The notes under the pieces are model-generated. The model ran no database searches, was not told where the DNA came from, and saw only the letters and a program-made list of their open reading frames with translations. A stretch of DNA of 64,000 nucleotides, from positions 153,822,001 to 153,886,000 of the forward strand of contig NC_042998.1 of the NCBI RefSeq assembly GCF_006345805.1, written 5' to 3'. Source of the DNA: Octopus sinensis. Lineage: Eukaryota. The position numbers and the translations under genes were made by a program. Positions 1 through 11,004 of this stretch are shown in pieces. Every line of letters starts with the position of its first letter. Position 1 is the first letter of the stretch.

Positions 1-505
1 TGACAAAGAAACATATTCAACATATTTTACTTTATGAGGTCAATAAAGGCAACAATGCAACAGAAAGTGCAAGAAATATTAATACAGTATATGGGGATCA
101 GACAATAAGTGTTCCAACAGTGGTTCCAGAAATTCCAAGCCGGAAACTACAACCTAGAAGATGAGCTTTGTCCTGGAAGATCTATAGAGCTCGACAAGGA
201 CGTCCTGCAAACCCAGGTGGAACAAAATCCTATAGTAACTGTTGAGAAACTAGCAGAGAAGCTCGGATTTTGTCATTCAACCATTCATCAACACCTGTAT
301 GCCATCGGAAAAGTCAGCAAATTGAGTCAATGGGTTCCTCACAAACTTTCCAAGTCTAATCGCATGTAGAGAGTGAATGTGTGCTCTTTTTTGCTGTCAC
401 GTCTCATGAATGATCTTTTGTTGACTGAATAGTGACTGATGATGAGAAATGGGTTCTCTATAAAAACCTCAAGTGCCGAAGACAGTGGGTAGGGAAAGGA
501 GAAAT
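1..505 (+). mobile_element. Mariner transposase remnant (HTH region to first catalytic D), truncated
   Basis: Translates as HILLYEVNKGNNATESARNI; ORF 109-369 has WVPHKL (WVPHEL motif); then TDDEKWVLY at about 432-460. Contains frameshifts and stops. Confidence 0.9.
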
Positions 506-639
506 CTATGAATACCTTGTATAGTGGCATTTGTTCCTCTAAGCATTTTTCCTGAACCTGCCTCACAGAAAATATCATGTTCACTATTCCTTGCTCACTG
601 AAGAATTAATGAACTTGTTGATACGACTTGTGTCTCCTA

Positions 640-924
640 GAGCTCCTACCAACGAATTTTGAGCTAGGAATTGCAAATGACATTTGCCACAAAATTTGTG
701 CTTTGCTTGCTCATGGAAGATCAAAAGCAGTCACGACTGAATGTGTGTTGCAGATTTGAAAGAGATGAAGAAAAAAATGACAGAGGTGTTAAAAGGCTTC
801 GGTTTGTAAGAATTCCAGCGCTGCTTCAACAGGAGAATACTTTGAATGCGGTAAGTGTAAACATGTAAAACTAAGTGAATAAAATAATATTACAAAATTC
901 CAGTTTTCTTTTGGGTATCCCCTC

Positions 925-929
<5 letters not shown>
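640..929 (+). mobile_element. Internally deleted mariner derivative with right TIR
   Basis: KFVLCLLMEDQKQSRLNVC (FVPRLL-like) is joined directly to a C-terminal EFQRCF-like segment; ends ttttctttttgggtatcccctcgt, resembling the reverse complement of a (t)acgagggg-type mariner TIR. Confidence 0.65.
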
Positions 930-967
<38 letters not shown>

Positions 968-999
968 TAAATAAATGGACTGAAACAAGTAAAAGAGTA

Positions 1000-1640
1000 A
1001 TGGAATATAGCAAAGAACAGCTCCCTTTCTTAGATATATATATAAAAACTCAACAACCAAATTGTAACCAACTGGTTGAGAATTAATTTGTTATAACTTG
1101 TTCAGGTTGTGGACCTGACTATACAGGACAGATAAGTTCTGTAGACAAAGAACCACACTACATAAGGAACATATCTGCTTCCCAAAGTATAGACAGATAT
1201 CTTTGAGTGAACACATTGAAAGATGTGCAGGGTATCTCCAACCACATTTCACAGTTTTACCCCAGAAACAATTTCTGTACAAGAACCTTAAAGAAAATTT
1301 ATTTATTGAAAAATACAGAACATGCCTAAATATGAATGCATAACCAGCTTTGGTCTCAGTATATATCTAAATTCATGATTACATATCCATCACTGTACAT
1401 ATTTCATCTCACAATAAGTTTTTGCGTGTTTATCCCATCCCCAAAATAAGCAATTACTTCCCCTGTCCCGAGTAATAACTATCACCAATTACCTCCCCTT
1501 AGATTTTTCTACTTGATTCACTCGCAAACTTTCATACAACATGGACTAAAATCTTCTTCAGAAAATAAGAAATTACAATAATTTTAATGTCATGATTAGC
1601 AAAAGTGAAACTAGTCGACAACCACAATACTCTTTCATTT
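1000..1640 (+). mobile_element. Penelope-like element fragment (RT thumb piece, GIY-YIG, 3' tail)
   Basis: KEQLPFLDIYIK at about 1012-1047; VITCSGCGPDYTGQI at about 1090-1135 (GIY-YIG); FIEKYRTCLN at about 1302-1332; hammerhead-like motif downstream. Confidence 0.75.
1588..1620 (+). ncRNA. Degenerate minimal type I hammerhead ribozyme motif
   Basis: tgtc-ATGATTA-gc aaaa gt-GAAA-ctag-TC-gaca: stem I tgtc/gaca, palindromic stem III ACTAGT, GUC triplet. The core has 2 mismatches to CUGAUGA. Confidence 0.6.
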
Positions 1641-1685
1641 AAAATATATTAAAACTATGTAAACTGTATGCATTTTCCTCCTATT

Positions 1686-1735
<50 letters not shown>

Positions 1736-1738
1736 ATA

Positions 1739-3292
1739 TGCTAGCATGGGTTGGACGATTTTGACTGAGGGCTGGCGAACCAGATGGCTGCACCAGGCTC
1801 CAATCTTGATCTGGCAGAGTTTCTACAGCTGGATGCCCTTCCTAATGCCAACCACTCCGAGAGTGTAGTGGGTGCTTTTTACATGCCATCTGCACAGAGG
1901 CCAGTCAGGCTGTACTAGCAATGACCTCACTTGAATCTTTTTACACATGCTACTGGCACAGGTGCCAGTAAGGCGACGCTGGTAACGATCACGCTCGCAT
2001 TGTGCTCTTGGCACCCTACTAGCACGGGCACAAGTGCCAGTAAGGCAACGCTGGTAACGATCACACTCTAATGGTGCTCTTTGCACCCCACTAGCATGGA
2101 TGCCAGTCATCAAATTTGATTTTGATTTCACTTGCCTCAGCAGGTCTTCGCAAGCAGAGTTTAGTGTCCAAAGAAGGAAAAGGTATGCATAAGTGGGCTG
2201 GTTACGCTCCTGGCATAGGCCACGGGTTATGGTCTCATTTGGCTTGCCGGGTCTTCTCAAGCACAGCATATTTCCAAAAGTCTCGGTCACTAGTCATTTC
2301 CTTGGTGAGGCTTAAAGTTCGAAGGTCGTGCTTCACCACTTCATCTCAGGTCTTCCTGGGTCTACCTCTTCCACAGGTTCCCTCAACCACTAGGGTGTGG
2401 CATTTTTTCAAACAGCTATCCTCATCCATTCTCGCCACATGACCATACCAGCGCAGTCGTCTCTCTTGCACACCACATCTGATGCTTCTTAAGTCCAACT
2501 TTTCTCTCAAGGTACTTACACTTTGTCAAGTATGCACACTGACATTACACATCCATCGGATCATACTGGCGTCATTCCTTGCGAGCTTATGCATGTCCTC
2601 GACAGTCACGGCCCATGTTTCACTGCCATGTAGCATGGCTGTTCATACACAAGCATCATACAGTCTACCTTTTACTCTGAGCGAGAGGGCCTTTGTCACC
2701 AGCAGAGGTAAGAGCTCTCTGAACTTTGCCCAAGCTATTCTTATTCTAGCAGCTACACTTTCAGCGCACCCTCCTCCATTACTGACTTTGTCACCTAGGT
2801 AATGGAAGCTATCAACTACTTCTAGTTTTTGTCCCTGGAAAGTGGCAGAAGTTGTTCTCTGCCCATTTTCAGTGTTTATTGCTGCCGAGCATCTGCCACA
2901 TACAAAAACTATCTTCCCAGTTAGCCTTCCTTTGATATTACTGCACCTCTTATGTGTACATAGCTTACACTGGGTACATCTTATAGAGTTTCTACCTACG
3001 CCTCTACTACATATTGGGCAGGGCCATCTACCTGAAGGGATTTGTGGTTTGCCTGCCTTCCTACTTATTAGGACTTTGGTTTTAGCTAGGTTGATTCTAA
3101 GGCCCTTCGATTCTAATCCTTGTTTCCACACTTGAAACTTCTCTAGTTCTGATAGTGACTCAGCATTTAGAGCAAGGTCATCAGCAAAGAGGAGCTCCCA
3201 GGGGCATTCTGTCTTGAATTCCTCCGTTATTGCCTGGAGGATTATGATAAATAGGAGGGGGCTGAGGACTGAACCTTGGTGGACCCCTACCT
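1739..3292 (-). mobile_element. 5'-truncated RTE-clade LINE (RT C-half, PHD-like finger, 3' UTR)
   Basis: ORF 2643-3362: GVHQGSVLSPLLF, LLFADDLAL, FHYLGD. The 3' UTR ends with the ccaacccatgctagc tail. Flanked by (TA)n at both ends. Confidence 0.93.
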
Positions 3293-3293
3293 C

Positions 3294-3366
<73 letters not shown>

Positions 3367-3994
3367 TAGCTGAAGTATTTGGTAATTTCCAGAAAAGCGG
3401 AGCTTTTCCCTCAGTTCCATTCTCATAATTGTTTTGCTAATCCAATAACAACAATACAAAGTATGTAGTGCTTAAAATGGTTTTGGTGTATCTACAAAGA
3501 ATACCGAACTGTCTTACATAGGATCTTGTTTTTAAGAAATCCCAATAAGTTATGAATACCCAAATCGTGAAGTCAGTTATGTAATAACATGAAATTAGTT
3601 ACCTGATAGTAAGAATTCAAATAAAGTAGCCTCTAAAAGGGCTTTAATGTATTCCAAGTGTATACAGAACTTACGAGGAAATACCAATAAGGTATGTATA
3701 TACCAAAATCGTGAAGCATGTTATGCAATAACAGGCTAATCCGATATGAAATAGCAACAATTCAAAATAAATAACTCTGAAAAGGACTTTTTGTGTTCCC
3801 AGAGAATATAACCCTTAGGGGTGCTAGCACTGAAATAGATTTACAATGAATGTAGAAACAGACTGAGATTTAATTTTTACAGTAGACATACAAATAAATT
3901 TGCATATAGATTTTAAAATAAAATAACATGTCAATTATCAATACATTTACAACACTTACAAATACTACAGTTGAATAATAAATACCTGATGATT

Positions 3995-6150
3995 TGGTGA
4001 ATCTTATTAAGTTTGCAGAGCTTCTTGATAAACAACATTTTTGGTCTTTCCTTGTGGGACATAAATAAACAAATGATTAGGATTGTCGACTCTTAAACAT
4101 CTCACAAAGTTGACCATGGGAGAAAACTGGTTCCACAAGGTTCAGACCTACCACATTCAAGGACTGCCCCTGGGCCTTGTTAATGCACATTGCAAAGCTC
4201 AGTTTCAATGGGAATTACAGGCACTTGGACTGGAAAGGCATATCTGAGGGAATAAGTGGAATTCCATGAATGAATACAGGCTCACTGCTTGTTTTACCAG
4301 TCAAAATTGTTGTCTTCAAGACTGTTAGCATCATCTTCTTTATCATAAGTCATGTGCCATTGCAAAGCTTTGGTGGATTGAGGTTTCGAAGCAGCATAAC
4401 TGGTGCCCCAATCTTGAGGTGCAAGTTGTAAGGTGGAAGGCCAGGTGGAGAATTCAACTGGACAATTCACAGCTTCATCGATGTTGACTACACTGTCAAT
4501 AGAATTGTAGATGTGATGCTCACCTGGCAACTGTTCCAGAAGTCTGATGTTCATATCATCAACTGCCACATTCTTTGGAGCTAAAATGTTATGGGTTTTC
4601 AGCCAGTTGTGGCATGTAAGCTGATTCCTCAGGTTAGAAAACACCTTATTCATTAGTTCCTTTAAATCAGATACCATATCCGGTTTACCCAGCCATCTTT
4701 CTCGCCAACCGAAGTGCCATTACCGACATCTAACAGTTGCTTTGAAAATGTTCTGTCTGCATCACTACCACTGAGCTGCAGTCTCATGGTTGTGAGTCTC
4801 AGCTTTTGCACACTGCTCCATAGGTAGGATGACTTTATGCTGGCATTTATCTCATCAGTCTTGTCTTCTCTGGAACCACGAGAAAGGTTTGTTTAATGTC
4901 TCCTGCAAGCAAGACTGTGGAACCTCCCATGAGCCTGGTGTTGCGTCTCAGATCCAGAAGGGCCATGTCAAGAGCTTCAAAGGAAACTTTATGGCTCATT
5001 GTTACCTCATCCCAGATGATCAACCTGCATTTACCCAGAAGTCTGCCTTTTATAGAATTACGACTGATGTTGCAGTTTGTCATCTCTTTCTCTGACAGGT
5101 CCAAAGGGAGTTTAAAACTAGAATGTGCTGTGCAGCCACCACTTAGCAGAGTTGCAGCTATTCCACTTGATGCTACTACTATGGTAATGTGTTTCATAAT
5201 GTGTTTCATTTGGTGCAGTTTAACCAGAAGAAGGTTGATGATAAATGGCTTGCCACTTCCACCTGGAGCATGAAGTAAGAAAAAAACCTCCTCTTTCACT
5301 TTCAATGCACAAAATAATGGTCTTATAAACACCCAGCTGGTCCTCCATCAGTAATACCTCATTGTAAATGGAGTTATTGAACGTGGCAATTTCCACTGAG
5401 GTTTGCCTTTGAGTCCTTTATGGGACGTCCTCTGCCCTGCTGGTTTTGTGGGTCACCCAAAGCTTGAGAGGTTCACCCAAGCCACATGTCATCAACATGA
5501 CAGAAAATAGCTGGTGCAGTTGACTTGGTGCTCTGCTGACTTCTCCTCCAGTGTCTGGTCCCAGTGAGTATCGTCCTCCAGTAGTCCATGTTTGGTGCAG
5601 GCTTCTCTGAAGGTTATGCAAACTTCCCCATTGTGTCTTCGAGGGTCTGACAGTGTGCAGCAGTAGACACAGAAAGCACTCCTGCTGATTAGGGTGCACT
5701 GTGCACATACGCTTGATGGCCCGACTTCTGAAAACAGTATGTTCTTCCTAGTGCTCAACGCATGCTCCTTGCTTGCGTTGTTTCCATCTATTGTGTGCCC
5801 AGGTATAGGACATGGGAACCTGAACATACAACAGTGTTCGAGCAAACAGATTGCATTGGCATAATTTGAAAAAAGCTGACAAAGTGGTTTCTGGTAGGTT
5901 CAGAACTATGCTTCGAGCATTGTCTTCTGCGAAATATACATGCTGGCCATTTTCAAGATTCACCAATGTTGGATACCGCTTGTGGATTTCAAAGCTCTTG
6001 TTAGAGGAAATATACCTGCCCAGCTTATATATTTAATACATTTTTATAGAGTTGCATGACTCAAAATTAACATGGGCCTGCAATGTTTTAGATAGCAATG
6101 GATTGTAGGGCACACAATCATTTGGGGGAATAAAAAAAAGTCACAGGGAA
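3995..6150 (-). mobile_element. Helitron Rep/helicase remnant
   Basis: VPYNPLLSKTLQAHVNFESC (Rep motif region, about 6060-6115); NLENGQHVYF; APGGSGK (Walker A); SSGIAATLLSGGCTAHSSFKLP; IIWDEVTM; ILAPKN..VDDMN (PIF1-like helicase). Confidence 0.93.
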
Positions 6151-6169
6151 CAAGATCAGATGAATAGGG

Positions 6170-9100
6170 AGGGTGGTTAAGCAGGCTCATGCCATTTTTG
6201 GTCAAAATCTCTCATTCTTCCATGAGCAAGTGAGGATCAAATTTTACTGCAACTTTTTTTCATTTGTAATTCCTTGCGGGAACTAGGCTACTGGAATTCT
6301 GTGATGCATGTAACCTTCTAATCTGCAACACTAACTTCAGGAAGCCAGACAGCCACCTGATAACTTATCAATCAGGGGAATCTGCTAGCCAGATTGATTT
6401 CATCCTCACCAGACAGCGGGACGCAGGGTTGCTCTTAAATACAAAGACCCTCCAGGTGAAGAATGTACCCACTAGCCTTGAGGCCAGAAGGATACCTAGA
6501 AGCAAACCAATCCAAAAAAGAAGGATCTGGAAGCTAAAAACCCCTTCACATGGTCAGAGATTTAGGGACATCCTCATCAAGAAATTTGATGAGGGGGAGG
6601 AGCTACAGACATCGGACATAGAAGGTAGCTGGAAATTCCTACGGGACAGCTTACTGAGTACCACAGACCAAGTCTGTGGCTGGTGCAAAGTCCCTTCCAG
6701 ACCTAGAGTTATGTGGTGGTGGAATAGTACGGTAGACAAAGTTGTTAGGGCAAAGAAACAGGCCTGGAAAGCCTGGAAGGATGGGGGTAGCAGGGAACGG
6801 TACCAGGTAGCCAGAAGGGAGGCTGGATGGCAGGTATACATAGCCAAGAGCGAAGTGGAAAAGAAGAAGTTTGCCAATGTCCAGAACGTGAGGACCAAAG
6901 AACTGAGGTATTTTGGATTGCAAGACAGTGTGTGAGAGAAAATTGTGATGTCACAGGAGAGAAATGTGTTCGAATGGATAATGGGGCACTTGCTTTTTAG
7001 TGATTCTTAAAAGAAAGAGGCTTGGAGAAGCCACTATGAAAGACTGCTGAATGTGGAGGAGAGCCTGCCAAATGTTGACCCAGTAGAAGGACCAGCTATC
7101 CATATAGATAGGCAATTATGGGTATGAAGCTAGGAAAAGCCCCCGGCCCATCAGGAATCACTGCTGAGATGTTTAAAATATCTGGTGGTGTGGGCTACAG
7201 CCTAGTCACACGCATTGTAAACCAGGTAATTCACAATGGAGTCATACCTAATGACTGGCGTAGCAGCACCATAGTCAAATGCTACAAGGGTAAAGGTGAT
7301 GCTCTAGATAGAAATAACCACAGGGGTATCAAACAGCTGGATCAGGTAATGAAGGTCATGGAGAGGGTCATAGCCCAACTAATTAGGGAGAGAGTTAGCC
7401 TAGATGTGATGCAGTTTGGTTTTGTGCCAGGCAGAAGCACCACTGATGCCATATTCATGGTTCGACAACTGCAGGAGAAATACCTAGCCAAAGATAAACT
7501 CCTATACTTAGCTTTTGTGGACTTGGAGAAAGCCTTTGACAGGGTCCCCCGATCCCTTATCAAGTGGGTGATGCAGAAACTGGAGATTGACGAATGGTTA
7601 ATAAGGTGCTGTATAGGCCCTTTACAGAGAGGCTGTTAGTAAGGTTAGGATTGGCAATGAGTACAGTGAAGGATTCCGGGTAGAAGTTGGCATCCACCAA
7701 GGGTCAGCCCTCAATCCCCTTCTATTCATCAAAGTCCTCCAGGCAATAACAGAGGAATTTAAGACGGGTTGTCCCTGGGAGCTCTTCTATTCTGATGACC
7801 TAGCCCACGTAGCAGAATCACTACCGAAACTAGAGAAGAAATTTCGTGTGTGGAAGCTAGGTTTAGAATCAAAAGGCCTTAGAGTCAATGTAGCAAAGAC
7901 CAAAGTTCTAGTAAGTAGGAAGGCAAACTCACCACACACCCATTCAGGTAGGTGGCCCTGCTCGATCTGTAGAAAAGGTGTAGGTAGAAACTCCATAAGA
8001 TATACCCAGTGTAAACTTTGGACACATAAGAGGTGCAGCAATATCAAAGGAAAATTAACCGAGAAGATAGCTTTCATGTGCGGCAGATGCACAGGGGCAA
8101 TAGACACCTCTGATACTCAGAAAACAGATTCCATTACACTCCTTGGGGAGAAACTAGAAGTAGTTGATAGTTTCTGCTACCTAGGTGACCAAGTTAGTAG
8201 TAGGGGTGGATACTCAGAGAGTGTTACCACTAGAATAAGAATAGCCTGGGCAAAGTTTAGGAAGCTTCTTCCCCTACTGGCGACAAAGGGTCTCTCGCTC
8301 AGAGTGAAAGGTAGATTGTATGACGCATGTGTGCGAACTGCCATGCTTCACGGCAGTGAAACATGGGCTGTGACTGCGGAGGACATGCTTAGGCTTGAAA
8401 GAAATGAAGCTAGCATGATCCGCTGGATGTGTAATGTCAGTGTCCATGCACGACAGAGTGTAAGCACCCTGAGAGAAATGTTGGGCATAAGAAGCATTGG
8501 ATGCAGCGTGCAGGAGAGACGATTGCGTTGGTATGGTCATGTACTATGGATGGATGAGGAGAGATGTGTGAAAAAGTGCCACTCCCAAACTGTTGAAGGA
8601 ATCCGGAGTAGAGGTAGACCCAGGAAGACATGGGATGAGGTGGTCAAGCACGACCTTCATACTTTGAGCCTCATGGAGGCTATGACGAAAGACCAAGACC
8701 TCTGGAGATATGCTGTGGCTTTGAAGACCTGACAAATGAAGTGAGTTCATGGCTCGCAGGACGGCCTGCTGTGCTAACCTTAGATTGTAGAGTGACCTGC
8801 TGTTCTTGAAGAGACCTATTGAGTCAAGTACATCAACATCAAAATAAAAATCAAATAGAAATTGTAGTTGAGACACCCATGCCGGTGTTACGTAAAAAGC
8901 ACTGTCTAAACATGGCAGATGCCAGCGCCGCCTGACTGGCATCCGTGTCGGTGACATGTAAAAGCACCAACTGATCGTGGCCATTTGCCAGCCTTGCCCT
9001 GGCCCCTGTGCCGGTGGCACGTAAAAAACACTCACTACACTCACAGATTGGTTGGCGTTAGGAAGGGCATCCAGCTGTAGAAACACTGCCAAATCAGACT

Positions 9101-9195
9101 GGAGCCTGGTACAGCCTCCATGGCTCACCAGACCCCGGTCGAACTGTCCAACCCATGCTAGCATGGAAAATGGACATTAAATGATGATGATGATA
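6170..9195 (+). mobile_element. RTE-clade LINE, 5'-truncated within the endonuclease, disrupted ORF
   Basis: EN end (LLEFCDA..ICNTNFRKP); ORF 7118-7639 KAPGPSGI, QFGFVPGRSTTDAIF, FVDLEKAFDRVP; ORF 7848-8732 to the natural stop; 3' UTR ending (gat)n. Confidence 0.95.
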
Positions 9196-9329
9196 TAAGA
9201 CTACTTTCATGCTCTTTTTACCCCTCTATTTACTAGCTCTTAAACTAGATGCTGCATGAGAGCGAAGAAATTATACGTCACTGAATTCAAAACATGATGT
9301 ACCAAGGCTGTATGCTACCTGGCAAGCAT

Positions 9330-11004
9330 TTTCGCAGATCTTTTCAGATACAGACAAAAGCCCCACAACAACCACCTTCCCATTGTCCCTCAGAAGTACA
9401 CAATTTTAAGGCCACAGCCATCAACGTTAGCACAATGAAGGGGAAATCTGGTGAGATTATCAAAATGATGGAGTGTCACCATGTCGAAGTGTGTGGTTTC
9501 AAAGAAGTAAGATGGAAAGGGGCCTCTACTAGATTCCTCACGGGTAAAAACAGAGGCTCAAATTCTTCTGGGTAAGAAGTTAAGGAGTGGGTGGTATGGG
9601 CATACTCTTAGCAGAAAAGTGGGTAGATAAGGTAATTAAACATTATTAAGTTGAGATTTATCATAGATAGATTAACAGTTACATTTATTTCTGGTTATGC
9701 TCCACATGCTGGCCTGCATGATATCCTGAAGGACCAATTTTATGAGGTCCTTTGGCAGAGTACTTCATCAACAAATGACAGTGACTTTGATATTGCGGCT
9801 GCCGACTTTAATGGACATATTGGGCAGCTTTCCCATAGATTTCATGGAGTCCATGGTGGTTATAGCTTTGGATCCAGGAATGAGGAGGGAAGAAGGCTAC
9901 AGGAGTTCTGTGAGGCAAATGATCTCATGATCTGCAATACTAACTTCAGAAAACCTGTCAGACACCTAATCACTTATCAGTCTGGTGGTAACACAAGCCA
10001 GGTCAATTACCTCTTCACCAAGCAATGAGATAAGCTGATGCACACAGATAGGTTACTAGGTAGTGACTTCAGAATTACAGCTAGAGAGACTTAGAGAAAT
10101 AAACCATACTGGAAAAGAAGATTGTGAAAGCTCAAAGACCCAGCAAACCAACAAAAATTTTGAGACATTCTACTGGAAGCTTTGGATAATAGAGAAGAAG
10201 AGGAGTTGGGGACATATAGTTTAGACAATTAGAAGTTCCTGCAGGACAATTTACTGAGAGCAGCAGACCAAATATGTGGCTGATGCAAAGGCCCAACTAA
10301 ACTGAGGGTGACATGGTGGTGGAACAAGGAGGTGGACAGTGCTATAAAAGCAGAGACAGGCCTGCAAAGACAGCAAAAATGGTGGAAGTAGAGAATTATA
10401 TCAGGGACTCAGAAGGGAAGCTAGGCAACAGGTTTAAATAGCAAAAGGAATAGCAGAAGATAGGAAGTTTGCCAATAATCTACAGCATGAGGATCAGAGG
10501 CGAGAGGTGTTCAGGATTGCAAAGCAGTGTATCAGAGAGAATAGAGATGTGGTGGTTGAGAAATGTGTATGAATGGATAATGGTATACTTGCACTGAGTG
10601 ACTCAGAGAAGAAAGATGCATGGAGCTGCCATTATGAAAGATTATTAAATGTGGAGAATGATTGGGAGAAGGAGAGTCTTTCAAATATCAAACCTATCAA
10701 GGAGAGTCAGAGTTGATAGCAGTATAATAGATAAGGCAATTAAGAAAATGAAGGCTGGGAAAGCCCCTGGACCATTGAGTATTGCTACCGAGATGATAAA
10801 AATATCCGATGATGTAGGATACAGCCTAGTCACTCACATAGTTAATCACCTTATTCAGGAAGGTGGCATCCACCAAAGACTGATGTAACAGTATTATAGT
10901 TAGCTGCTATAAGGGTAAAGGTGATATGTTAGATGGAAACAACTACAAAAGTATCAAACTACTGGACCAGGTCATGAAATTTATAGAGAGACTTATAGAA
11001 TTAC
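9330..11004 (+). mobile_element. RTE-clade LINE, 5' part (APE endonuclease to start of RT)
   Basis: NVSTMKGK..EVRWKG; ISGYAPH; AADFNGHIG; NEEGRRLQEFCEAN; KAPGP; ends at KLLDQVMKF where a piggyBac interrupts it. Confidence 0.9.
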
